This document shows positions 10,099 through 20,013 of a DNA stretch of 64,000 bases, one piece after another. The notes beneath the pieces are model-generated. The model saw nothing but the letters and a program-made list of their open reading frames with translations. It made no database searches and was not told where the DNA came from. Source of the stretch: Candidatus Bathyarchaeota archaeon (lineage in GTDB: Archaea; Thermoproteota; Bathyarchaeia; Bathyarchaeales; Bathycorpusculaceae). The position numbers and the translations under genes are program-made. The DNA lies in assembly GCA_963832745.1 (NCBI GenBank), contig CAWHVC010000005.1, forward strand, positions 64,001-128,000, in the 5' to 3' direction. The stretch's first letter is position 1; each line of letters opens with the position of its first letter.

Positions 10099-10952
10099 CT
10101 TAAAATCTCCTTAAGCACAGGCTTCACTACAACAGATGAACCTTTATTTACACCCAAAACCGTTTGCAACTTATGAGAAACTTGAATTGCACCAGTACCC
10201 TCAAGTTTCGAATTCTTAATCGCCTGGAACTTGCAACGAACCGTCTTTTTTAATTGAACATCCGAAATAGAAACCTCGTCTATCGAATTTTCGCCATAGC
10301 GTTCTCTCCACTCACCGATTAAAGCCCGATCCAGCAACACTGAATCAAGGGAAGAAGAAACTACGCTAAAACCTGAAAAGTTTTCCACCCTAAACTTAGC
10401 CTCAGGAATATCTATCTTTGCTGGTTTGTTAAACAGTGCAGGTTCAGGCGTTGGCATAGGTGTTGGTGCAGAGTAGCCAGTTTGCATTGTTTGAGTGGGA
10501 TTACTTGAGGGGTTTGAGATGGGCAGGTCAATTGTTTTTGGTTTTGGCGGTTCAATTATTTGTGGATTACTGCTTTTTTCTTCTTTGCGTGAAACTACTT
10601 CTTGTATCACTTTTAGTGTTGTGGGAAACAGGATGTTGGTTAGACGGGTTATTTCTTTTTGGCTTATTTGGTTGGTTGCTATGGTTGCGAGGTAAATGTT
10701 TTCATGGCGGTTGAAGAAGATGCTTTGCCCAGTTCCTTTAAACGTTAACGATTCTATTCTGCCTATGATAGAGGCTTTTTGAGATAGTTTTTCGAAAGAA
10801 CCTGAAACTTGCTTAGCTAACTCGGTGTTTGTGGCGCGGTCTTTGGCTATTACTTGATTACTGTCGTCTAGAACCACAAGGCTGGATATGCCGGAATAGG
10901 CAGTTTTAATTTCATTCAGCGTTGTTTCAAGTGCTGAAACGTTTACTTCCAT
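10095..10952 (-). CDS. Roadblock/LC7-like N-domain, Pro-rich linker, C-terminal beta-barrel (double-psi-like)
   Basis: GISSLVVLDDSNQVIA N-terminus; C-terminal GAIQVSHKLQTVLGVNKGSSVVVKP. Confidence 0.55.
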   Translation of the reverse strand: MEVNVSALETTLNEIKTAYSGISSLVVLDDSNQVIAKDRATNTELAKQVSGSFEKLSQKASIIGRIESLTFKGTGQSIFFNRHENIYLATIATNQISQKEITRLTNILFPTTLKVIQEVVSRKEEKSSNPQIIEPPKPKTIDLPISNPSSNPTQTMQTGYSAPTPMPTPEPALFNKPAKIDIPEAKFRVENFSGFSVVSSSLDSVLLDRALIGEWRERYGENSIDEVSISDVQLKKTVRCKFQAIKNSKLEGTGAIQVSHKLQTVLGVNKGSSVVVKPVLKEILR

Positions 10953-11134
10953 TTTTTCACTCTTGCCCCTTCTTTTCCTTGATGAGTTAGTTTCACTGGC
11001 AAGCATTATGCGGTAGGGTGCTAAATTGAGCAACTATTTAACCGACAATACTTCCTCAAGCAATATAGTAAGTCGCAAGTAATACGATACTAATAAATTA
11101 TACTGACGACCTGTACAACAAAAATACAAACAGC

Positions 11135-11557
11135 CTACAGGCCAAAAATTTGATTGACCAGCTCCTGACCACCCGGCTGCAGCCTTAACAATTCGATTAT
11201 CGCTTCAACATGCGACTTCTGACGAGTATGCGAAGGAGTATGGTCATCACCCGCCTTAAGGACATACAAAAAGTCTTCTTTAGGCAAACCCCACACCACA
11301 CCCACACGGTCACTGGACAAAACCTGCAAAAAACAATGATTAAGACTCTGCTTGGGCGTAGTAAATAGCCTGAAAGGTTTGTGCTGAGCCAAAGTGTAAG
11401 CAATTATGCCAGCGCTGTTTGAAGATGCCAACTTCTTAACTCTCAGCCAGAGGGTTTGGCAGGGTTGACTGCTGCATTTACGGCAGAATTGGCGGTCTTC
11501 TGGGTCAGCGTTTTTGTTCCATTGTTTGCAGAATCCGCGGTTTACTAAATAGGGCAA
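11135..11557 (-). CDS. Hypothetical Cys-containing protein
   Basis: 140-aa ORF with CxxC; RBS-like AGGGG. Confidence 0.6.
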   Translation of the reverse strand: MPYLVNRGFCKQWNKNADPEDRQFCRKCSSQPCQTLWLRVKKLASSNSAGIIAYTLAQHKPFRLFTTPKQSLNHCFLQVLSSDRVGVVWGLPKEDFLYVLKAGDDHTPSHTRQKSHVEAIIELLRLQPGGQELVNQIFGL

Positions 11558-11698
11558 TAGGTGTTTCCCCTGTTTTGTTTGAATGCTTCATTAAGGTAGA
11601 GTTGGAAATATAAGTTTAAGCAGGTTTGCTTTTACTGAAAATATTTTGTTTTTTGATGGAGGGAACTGGTTTGTGGTTGGGAAATCCGTATAAGCAAG

Positions 11699-11716
11699 CT
11701 ATGACACGTGTCATAG
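11699..11716. promoter_or_regulatory. Perfect 18-bp palindrome, candidate operator
   Basis: CTATGACACGTGTCATAG between TATA-like GTATAAG and RBS GAGGTG. Confidence 0.55.
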
Positions 11717-11729
11717 TGAGGTGGGTAAA

Positions 11730-11852
11730 GTGTTATCACGAGACTGTGATGGATGCAACCAACTAAACAACTGCAAACGCCGCTTCGACAAAGTCACCGT
11801 ATGGCAAAAAGTATTCTGCCCAGACGGAACCGCACACCTAGTCGACAGTTAA
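11730..11852 (+). CDS. 40-aa Cys/His-rich micro-protein
   Basis: GTG start after GAGGTG; MLSRDCDGCNQLNNCKRRF...FCPDGTAHLVDS*. Confidence 0.6.
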   Translation: MLSRDCDGCNQLNNCKRRFDKVTVWQKVFCPDGTAHLVDS

Positions 11853-11878
11853 ACCAATTGAAAAGCTATTACTTTAAA

Positions 11879-12970
11879 TCACCTTTTTTGGCGCCATCTA
11901 AAAAACAGTAAACTCAAAACAAATGCCAAAACAATTATGCCTGAACCGGCAGCAACAGTAATCGTCAATGCGGAAGGTTGATTGCTTGTTTGAGAGGCGG
12001 TTTGAAGAGATGTAGTTGGTTTTAGTGCTATCGCGTTCATGTTAACCTGTTGGGTGAATGGGTAATTGTCAGTGTTGTTTTGGTTAATAACATAGGTGCC
12101 CTCATTGTGGTAATCGCTCCAGTAGTTTCCTTGTTGGTTAAAGTCCCATTGATTTGAAAAACTAGCGTTTTCTGTCTCGGTTACCGATATAATTTCGGTC
12201 ATGCATACTTGCTGGGAATTGTTGATAAAATTGTTTAGGTGAAAAACGTTGTTTACTGGTAAAACGTCTGCTAGGCTATGTGAAGTATACTCAAAATTAA
12301 CCGCTAAGTTGGAGTTATTAATCGTGTTGCCCACAACTTCATTGCTTTGTCCATTAAAAATATGAATCCCCTCCTGATTGGACACTAACGAATTATTTGT
12401 TAGCCGGTTACAGCTTGAGAGGTCAAGGTCTACGCCATAGTTATTGTTGCGCAGTTCACTGTTTGACACTTGAATGTCTCCGCTTTGTGCAAAGTGTATC
12501 CCGTGATTGCACTTGCTGACCGTTACAGCATTTATTGTACAATTTGCGGCTTCAAGCAGTCCTACCCCATAATTGAACCCAACAATCGCCACGTTTTTGA
12601 CCAAAACATTGTAATGGTACATGATTGCAATGCCATACTCCAAAAGACCACCGCCACCACAATTAATTAAATGATTATTTCCATCAAATACGATTCCGTC
12701 ACAAGTTATGGCAATAGAATAACCCGAAATGTCCTGAGTTAAAAAATAGGCACGGTCGTCCTGACCGATTAGACCTTTATCTTCAGTAAGGGCACCACCA
12801 TTTGAATAATACTGGATTCCATCCTTAGAAATTGATATTAACGGATAGTACGGGTTAGTGCTAAATGGGTTAGCTTCGACTAAAGGCAAAGATGAAAAAA
12901 CGAATAAGACCGCAAGCGTCGTGACCAAGATTACGCTTAAAGCTTGCTTCACTGGTTTCACTTCAAACAT
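11879..12970 (-). CDS. Cell-surface parallel beta-helix (NosD/CASH-like) protein
   Basis: Signal peptide, GI-x-L/N-rich repeats, GNYWSDY, DNYP, C-terminal TM anchor. Confidence 0.85.
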   Translation of the reverse strand: MFEVKPVKQALSVILVTTLAVLFVFSSLPLVEANPFSTNPYYPLISISKDGIQYYSNGGALTEDKGLIGQDDRAYFLTQDISGYSIAITCDGIVFDGNNHLINCGGGGLLEYGIAIMYHYNVLVKNVAIVGFNYGVGLLEAANCTINAVTVSKCNHGIHFAQSGDIQVSNSELRNNNYGVDLDLSSCNRLTNNSLVSNQEGIHIFNGQSNEVVGNTINNSNLAVNFEYTSHSLADVLPVNNVFHLNNFINNSQQVCMTEIISVTETENASFSNQWDFNQQGNYWSDYHNEGTYVINQNNTDNYPFTQQVNMNAIALKPTTSLQTASQTSNQPSALTITVAAGSGIIVLAFVLSLLFFRWRQKR

Positions 12971-13052
12971 ATTTTTCTTTAATTGCTTAATAATCTTTCA
13001 ACAAAACTATTTTTTAACTAACTCTTATCTTAAAAGCAGAAATTTAAATGAT

Positions 13053-13616
13053 CTATAAAGGGATTGGTGGGTAGTATGTAAGTTGGTAAGAATGTAGTAG
13101 TGGATAGAAGATATAAGCAGGCATAAGGTGATAGTTGGAATTGTTGGTGTGGAGATTGGGTTGTAGTTGGGTTTGGTGTAGGTTGTGGATGGGTGGGTTG
13201 ATATGTATAAACTGTATGGTGTTAACGTAGGACAAATATTTGGGGTTGTCGCTTCTTTGATTTAGTATAATAGAATAGATAGATATTGAGCTTAGGAAGA
13301 TTTGGTAAGTTGGCGTAATGCTGTGCGTTACTACGTGTAATTGTCCGTCACTGACTAAATGGACTGAGCTATTGTACAATCCATCGATACTGTAATTCAT
13401 TGATATTTGAGGGTCTAATTGACTCATGACGCCTGCGCTAATGTTATGTTCAAAGCAATATTGGTGTTGTAATAGGTTGTGTTTACAGGCGAATATACTG
13501 TTACGCTAGAGTCAAACGTAACAGCATCGGTGGAATCAGCTTTGGCAGGGCATAGATAGAATAAAGTAAAGAAGTAATAAGGAGAAAACTGTTATTGAGG
13601 TAAGTACTCTTTTCAT
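13053..13616 (-). pseudogene. Fragmented secreted/surface protein gene
   Basis: Signal-peptide start MKRVLTSITVF, then SSVTVYSPVNTTY and MNYSIDG pieces in different frames. Confidence 0.4.
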
Positions 13617-13759
13617 TTGGCATCAGTAACTGAATTATTACAGGTTCCTAATAGTTCTCCCAGGAACAGCTATGCAAAAGAACGGTTAATACCAGTATCT
13701 TTACAACCAAAGGGTAAGGGTACACCTGTCAGGGGAAAAGGTGTCATTATTTCAAGTTT

Positions 13760-14525
13760 GGGTTTTTTCGATGCTTCAAAAAGCAAAACTGCGACTACAA
13801 CAATTACAATAATTACAACTGCTACTTCAAGGCTAAGGTGCTTGTAGCAACAAAAAAAGTGACAGCTTGTTTATCAGTATAGCCGAATGTGTCATTAGCT
13901 AACGTAAGTTGATGAATCCACCGGATAGTTGTGGTAGTGTGGTATTGCATAAAGCGTTATGTTGTCTTTTCCGTAAGACTGTATCCCATCATCCTGCAAT
14001 GTAACTGTAAAGTCTAAAGTCACGTTGGATTCCAAGTAAGGCATGCTTGAAGGTGACAAATATTCACTTCCATAGGAACGCTTGATAGTATAATTGATAT
14101 CATTGAGGCGCATAGGGTTTTCAACAAATAAATATAATTGCAGAACAGGGTATTGTAAAACACCTGAGGTTGAAGCAGTAAAATTAAAAGAGCTTCTGTG
14201 TTGGGGTAAAAATCGTAAAGCGTGTTATAATTAGCTCTTCAATTTTACTCCCACACGATAAGTCGTTGGTTTCCATTATTGAAGACATCAGGATAATAAT
14301 GAAAATTGGTGACGTTGAAATAGCCTTCAACATAATCACCTTCCAATAATTGCAACCGTAATAAGACTATTTTCTCAGGAACCAAAGTAAAATTTTCATA
14401 TATTACATGCGTAAATTCAGTGGCGGAACTCTCAAACGCTGATTGAGCAGTTACACCTTCACTAACCATTAGCTTAGGGTTGAGAAAGCAATTAGAATCA
14501 GCACTATAGCAAGAGCTTTATTCAA
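13760..14525 (-). pseudogene. Fragmented membrane-anchored surface protein gene
   Basis: ORF pieces 14245-14469 and 13895-14113 plus hydrophobic tail; multiple frameshifts. Confidence 0.35.
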
Positions 14526-15366
14526 AATAGCATGCTTACACATGCATTGTTTTTATGATAAAAGGTTTGCAGTAAAACATTCTTGACTAAGGTTAGTAAA
14601 GGTTTCTTGACCTAACAAGAAGCCCTGCCAAACAAAGTTATTTTTGGTCCTGTTTTTCCACTTTGGTAACTAACTCCTAATGCTACAAATGGTAAGAAAA
14701 AATGGTTTCACTATAATCTCAAAAAATCAGCAAGTAACAACAAAATTAGTCCACAACAGATAAAATGCACCGTAACGGCTAAACAACAATGCTATTGCAG
14801 TAATACTTCTTTCCAAGTTAGCCTTAGTTTTCTTCAAGTAAGCGTTTATGGCGAATATGAAAGCAGGATCGCAAATATAAAACATAAGTTATCGTTAGAA
14901 ATATTGGCTACTAATAATAAAAGCAGAATAAGTAAAATAGTGAAGAATCAAGAAGACTAAAACCTGACCAATCAACCAAACTATTGCGTATCTACGCCTT
15001 AATTTTAAAAGATGAGAGTGCTTATCTTGATTACTTGCCATAAACTAAGTAATATTGCATTATAAAAGAACTTTTTTGAAATAAAATCAAGTTAACGGTA
15101 AATATAATAATAAACGTCTAATCGTAAAGCGATAGAGGGTACATGTTCATCCAGCTAATGGGGCATAGTTGGTTAACACATGTCTTTTCCTCATATAGGG
15201 GTACTCTCTGCTAAGAAAAGGGTAACTTGTTATTCTTCTTGATTGGTTTCTTCAGGGATATGGGTCATCAAAGAGCACCAACCGGCATAATTTCAAAAAA
15301 GCCTCTTGCAACACTTTTCAGCGCACTGTTGATTATTTGGAGAGATTTTTATGTCTTCTCAAAGAA

Positions 15367-15512
15367 TTAGGTGGTGTTTTTTTCTTTTGTATTTTGTATT
15401 AGCCATAGTATTGCGTCGTCGTAGGTGGTTTCTTTGCCTGTTTTGGAGGTGATGAGTCCTTTTATTTTGGTTAGTTCGGTGTGTGTGGTGTCGTTTATTT
15501 GAGGGTTCTCAT
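15367..15512 (-). pseudogene. Small RHH/antitoxin-like DNA-binding protein (one frameshift)
   Basis: MRTL(K)INDTTHTELTKIKGLITSKTGKETTYDDAILWLI; strand-helix-helix pattern. Confidence 0.5.
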
Positions 15513-15942
15513 TGGGTGGCCTTATTGCCTATAGGGTGGAATTGTTATTAATGGTTGCTATCAATCGTTACTAATGATAAGTAATAAATACTAACAGTGC
15601 CTAACAAGACTACCAGTGAACGCTAATGGTAAAAATACTACATAAAACTAGACAAACAAACCTACCAAACACTACAACAAATCCAAAAAAACCTCCAAAC
15701 CCTCACAACCTACTCGAAAACATAGAAATCGAAATAGACGAAGAAGAAAGAAGCAACCAGCCCCTCCAAACCAAATCACAAGACACATACCCGACCACGG
15801 GCCTAGCTGGTTGTGGCAGTTTGCATAATCCGCTTGCAACCCACAAAAACCGCAGACACGAAAACACAAACCCCTGCAAGGCCCTTTGGTTGGTGTGCTA
15901 AGGGAAATTACCAACAAAAAAAGAAACGGTTTAAGTAAAGTT

Positions 15943-15970
15943 TGAGTGCAGAGAGTGGGATTTAAAGCCC
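15943..15970 (-). repeat. Degenerate copy of the tRNA-Leu 3' end (older att site)
   Basis: TGAGTGCAGAGAGTGGGATTTAAAGCCC versus TGGTGCAGGGGGTGGGATTT(G)AACCC. Confidence 0.5.
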
Positions 15971-16790
15971 CAACAAGTGGAGTCGCCCACAACTCCATTT
16001 TTCTCATTATTTTTTAATGTCAATAATTTGCATATTTAACGTGTATAATATCGAGAGTTTGCCACACTTAAAGAAAGTAGTTCTAAACACCAATACTTGA
16101 GGATTAGCTGTGTCTTGTTTGGAGATTACGGTCAGGTTGGCAAGTCATGACAGTAAATTCAGAGAAAAGAACTATTTAACAGAGTTAGTTATTTTTTTGG
16201 TGCCTCTCCATTTGAAACGGGGAAAAATGTTTCAATTCTTTTGGTATTTTGATTTTTCTTTTTAACCTCTTTGGTTCTATAATCAAAGTTTGTTTTGATT
16301 TTTAAGTCGTTTACTTTTGCTTTTTTCGATGTCATTTCTTTTCTACCTCTAAAGATTTTTTGTTTCGAAGAATTGATTTCTTATCGAGCATGGATCTCTA
16401 TTGCTGCCTCATCTGAGGCGATAGTGTATAAGCAATTACGGTTTTGCATATTTTCCCAGGGGCGGTTTACCTTTTGGGAAAATCTACATCTTCGCGGCGT
16501 TAGGCATTTTTGCCCAAATTAACGCTTCACCCAACCTTCTTTTCTTCTCTTAGACGAGCTTTGCCAGAATCACATGTTTCATTAAATACATGTGATCAAA
16601 GAATCCCATAAACCAATAGAGCCAGAGCCATTCTTTTAAATCATTCTATACAAGAAAAATTTCACGTATATACGTGTCCATCTAATTTTATTCTTGTACA
16701 CAATGGCATAGGCGAACATAGTTGGCACCAAGCCTTAAATAAAATTGAGTGAAACTCACCCGAAAAAAAACTCCTATAGTTTTGTATTGT

Positions 16791-16815
16791 TGGTGCAGGG
16801 GGGGGATTTGAACCC
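16791..16815 (-). repeat. attR: direct repeat of the tRNA-Leu 3' end (T-arm to CCA)
   Basis: TGGTGCAGGGGGGGGATTTGAACCC matches 21211-21235 apart from single-base indels. Confidence 0.9.
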
Positions 16816-16895
16816 TGTCGCCCGTGGAGAAATCACCCGCCCTCTTTCCTTTTTTCTTTACTATTGCAAATTAGGGCTTCTATTATGCCTAAAAA

Positions 16896-17681
16896 TTGTA
16901 TCCATCTAATCGTCGAATTCTATCTCCAACTCTTAACTCCTGCGAGCAAGGAAAATACAAAGAGGCTTGGAGCGAAAATCTTGAACGAATTATTGCCCAA
17001 TCCCAAAACGAACTAAAAAATCACAGTGTTACTCCAGAAAATGCAGTTTTAACCCAAAAAGGCATTCAAGCGTCTTTGCCGTCTTCACTTGATAATAACG
17101 GACAATTCTCACCTACATCAAAAACAGCTAATTGCTGGAGCAAGAAGCAAAAAAGAGCCTACCACTGTGCAATATCAGGACTAAAAAGATGCAAAGCATT
17201 AGGCTACAAAGCATTCTTCCTAACACTCACCAGCTCACCAAAAACAAATCATCCAGACTTAAGAAAAGACTGGGACATACTTGTAAAGCGCATACGAAAG
17301 CTCTTTCCTAAATTCCAATACGTAAAAGTTGAAACATTCGAAGGCTATGGCGTCATTCATGCACTTTATCATCATGCTTTTGAAGACTGGAACTACAAAG
17401 ATATTCACCATTGGATAAGCAAAGCATGGTCAGATATTCATCAAGCACCTATAGTTTGGAATAGTGTTGTAGGTGAAGGTTGGTCAATCAAAAAAGTAGC
17501 TGGTTACCTCTGCCAATATATGAGTAGCCAACGAGGCTTTTTTAGACGTAGCACATCTTTAAACTGGATATTCGCTGGTTACAGGAAAAAATGGGTTTCT
17601 TTGATCAAGAAGTATGAATTTAGAAAAGCACTTCGTGCATGGAATTTTCTTTTGACGGTCCCTGCAATCTATACCACATAA
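16896..17681 (+). CDS. rep: Rolling-circle replication initiator (HUH endonuclease, two-Tyr type)
   Basis: Motif I FFLTLTS, motif II-like GVIHALYHH, motif III VAGYLCQYMS. True start uncertain. Confidence 0.8.
   Translation: MYPSNRRILSPTLNSCEQGKYKEAWSENLERIIAQSQNELKNHSVTPENAVLTQKGIQASLPSSLDNNGQFSPTSKTANCWSKKQKRAYHCAISGLKRCKALGYKAFFLTLTSSPKTNHPDLRKDWDILVKRIRKLFPKFQYVKVETFEGYGVIHALYHHAFEDWNYKDIHHWISKAWSDIHQAPIVWNSVVGEGWSIKKVAGYLCQYMSSQRGFFRRSTSLNWIFAGYRKKWVSLIKKYEFRKALRAWNFLLTVPAIYTT
17076..17105 (+). other. Putative double-strand origin (nick site) inside rep
   Basis: TCTTCACTTGATAATAAC resembles pC194/phiX174-type CTTG^ATA and sits in the loop of the TTG-CCGT...ACGG-A-CAA stem. Confidence 0.65.
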
Positions 17682-17809
17682 GAAACGTTTCTTAAAAAAT
17701 ATTTAGATGTACTTGGACCTAATAGGGCGATTTGATGATGGGTTGCATAACGATTATTGGCAAGATTTTATTAATAAAAAAATCCTAACTTGCTCTATTA
17801 GAATAGGTA

Positions 17810-19705
17810 ATGAAGTGCATTAAAATGAGCAATAACGATGAATTTAAATCAATCTACAAAGATCTTGAAGACAAAAATTACCCAGTTAGGCATCTAAAGA
17901 ATGTCGCCGATGTTTTTCAAAAAATCCGAGACCAAATGCATAAGGAAGGAAAAACAGATGAAGAAGCAAAGGCTCAGTGGGAAGTAGATGTCTTCAACTT
18001 AATGATCGATGCAAATATTGTTAAGCCTATGTTCGTTATGACAAATGAGAAAGGCGAAGAGATAATCTACCCGAATACGAGTGCATTTACCGAAAAAACA
18101 TATGAATATTTCATTGAAAGATTGGATTTGACTAATAATCCTCAACTTAGATCACGCTATGCTCACATACTTTGGCTAAGCCCAAAAAAACATGGAAAAT
18201 TTGCGCAAATAGCGATAGACGATTATTTGGAACTTGTTAAAATATATGAAAAAAAGGACATCGATGACCCATCTGGACTTTTTGGTTTAGATATTATCAA
18301 TTCAATCGAAAATGCTTTTGCATTGGCAACAAATATCGGTGACTTAACTCGGGTTAATACCCTAAAGAATGAGATTAAGCGATTAATCGTTAATTTCAAT
18401 CCAGTTAGCAAGTCTTTATTTGTTTTGAGGGCTCAATTGATTGATCTGATGTTTAAATATGGGAAGTTTTTTGTAAGCGAAGATTTTCAAGGACTAAATA
18501 ATTTATGCTTGAATTATGCCCAACAACTTCAGGATTGTCATCAATCGATTACCATTTTAGAGATAGGTGCTAAAATCGATCAAAAGCTTGGTAGCTCGAT
18601 TGCTAATTGGAAGCAACTAATCGCTGAATGCTTTGAAAAAATGATGATTGCTAATATTGAAAAAAATAAGCTCGCTGCACTTCATTTCTGCGAGTTAGCA
18701 CTAAAATATTATAGAGAAATCAAAAATACGTTAAAGATAAATGAATTAGAGAAAGTTTATGATCAATTAAAAAATGAAGCTGAATTTAAAGAAATTAGTG
18801 TTCCAATAGACCTTACGGACTACATTAAGCAATGTGAAGAGACTGCCAAGAAACTCTCTGGATTTTCAAGCGAAGACATAATCAAGTATCTCATTAGTGA
18901 ACCAACCTTATTACCGAAATACAAAGATGTTGAGAAATCAGCAATCGAAATAAGCAAAGGGCATTTTGCAAGTGTTATACCGCATACCGTATCAGACGAA
19001 AGAGGACATGTTGAACAGCATTTTAGTACTGATGACGAATTACGGGAATTCCAAACGCTCCAACATTATGATAGGACTCTACAAGTCCAGAGCATGCAGC
19101 TAGTAAATAGACTAATAATCGAAGCTGTAAAAGCAAAAAAACTTGGCTTTCAGTCAGCTATTACATTTTTTAGTAAATATTCATGGTTTGGGAAAACTCT
19201 CAAAAGGAAGAGTCAAAATAAAGATATCCAATATAATTGGCTTAACCTCCTAGCCCCTGCTATTCAAGAATACTTTGCTCAATTAGAATACTTTCTAGCA
19301 TCTGGAAAGCCTCCTCATTTCGTGCTTGCACTTGATTCTTTGGTTCTAAAAATTGAGGGGCTTATTCGAGATTTGTGCACATTATCTGGAGTAATAACTT
19401 TCGAACAGAAAATGGACAATAAGAACAGAATAATCTATCGCGAGAAAGACATAACGAAATTGTTACACGACGAAAAATTTGGAGCTTTGATTGGAGAGGA
19501 CGACCTGTTTTTATTAAAATTTGTCTTAACAGAGAAAGCAGGCTATAACCTTAGGCATAGAACAGCCCACTCACTATTGTTGTTCGAAGAATATACAATG
19601 TTTTACATGAATTTGTTATTCATGATATTGTTAAAACTAAGCAAATACGATCTTAAGAGTACTGAACAACCGATCAAAGATGTAAAGGAGACAGCGCCTG
19701 TCTAA
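17810..19705 (+). CDS. DUF4209-like protein with C-terminal HEPN-type RxxxxH motif
   Basis: Long helical N-terminus; C-terminal LKIEGLIRDL...GEDDLFLLKFVL..KAGYNLRHRTAHSLL; AT-rich. Confidence 0.75.
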   Translation: MKCIKMSNNDEFKSIYKDLEDKNYPVRHLKNVADVFQKIRDQMHKEGKTDEEAKAQWEVDVFNLMIDANIVKPMFVMTNEKGEEIIYPNTSAFTEKTYEYFIERLDLTNNPQLRSRYAHILWLSPKKHGKFAQIAIDDYLELVKIYEKKDIDDPSGLFGLDIINSIENAFALATNIGDLTRVNTLKNEIKRLIVNFNPVSKSLFVLRAQLIDLMFKYGKFFVSEDFQGLNNLCLNYAQQLQDCHQSITILEIGAKIDQKLGSSIANWKQLIAECFEKMMIANIEKNKLAALHFCELALKYYREIKNTLKINELEKVYDQLKNEAEFKEISVPIDLTDYIKQCEETAKKLSGFSSEDIIKYLISEPTLLPKYKDVEKSAIEISKGHFASVIPHTVSDERGHVEQHFSTDDELREFQTLQHYDRTLQVQSMQLVNRLIIEAVKAKKLGFQSAITFFSKYSWFGKTLKRKSQNKDIQYNWLNLLAPAIQEYFAQLEYFLASGKPPHFVLALDSLVLKIEGLIRDLCTLSGVITFEQKMDNKNRIIYREKDITKLLHDEKFGALIGEDDLFLLKFVLTEKAGYNLRHRTAHSLLLFEEYTMFYMNLLFMILLKLSKYDLKSTEQPIKDVKETAPV

Positions 19706-19740
19706 AACTGTGGGCTATCAAAACAAGTAGATCAGACGTA

Positions 19741-19851
19741 TGCGCTCAGGGAGGAGTGCGGGGGGTACCCTTTAGGGTAGGGTCATCCGCTACGACAACC
19801 GAGGCGCTTAACCGTCGTCGCCCTGGAACGTCCGAGACGGCGATAGCCGTC
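19741..19851. other. GC-rich hairpin cluster (single-strand origin or ncRNA candidate)
   Basis: TGCGCTC/GAGTGCG, TACCC-TTTA-GGGTA, ACGAC/GTCGT, GACGGC-GATA-GCCGTC stems in AT-rich surroundings. Confidence 0.5.
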
Positions 19852-20013
19852 CAACTTCTACTGAAGATGCTTTCAAACCTTTGTAAACCATGGACTTTGT
19901 TAATTTTTTTTCAGAAAAATCCAATCCAACATGCAGATAGCGATTTTTTATCAACCTAATATTATATCCAAAGTTAAGGAGTTGAAGTTTAACGGTTTTC
20001 CTAAAAAATACTA

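Noticed and set aside
15626-15901. Possible frameshifted AbrB-like gene
   Set aside because: Only a short IEIEIDEE segment supports it, within C/A-skewed sequence; too weak to call.
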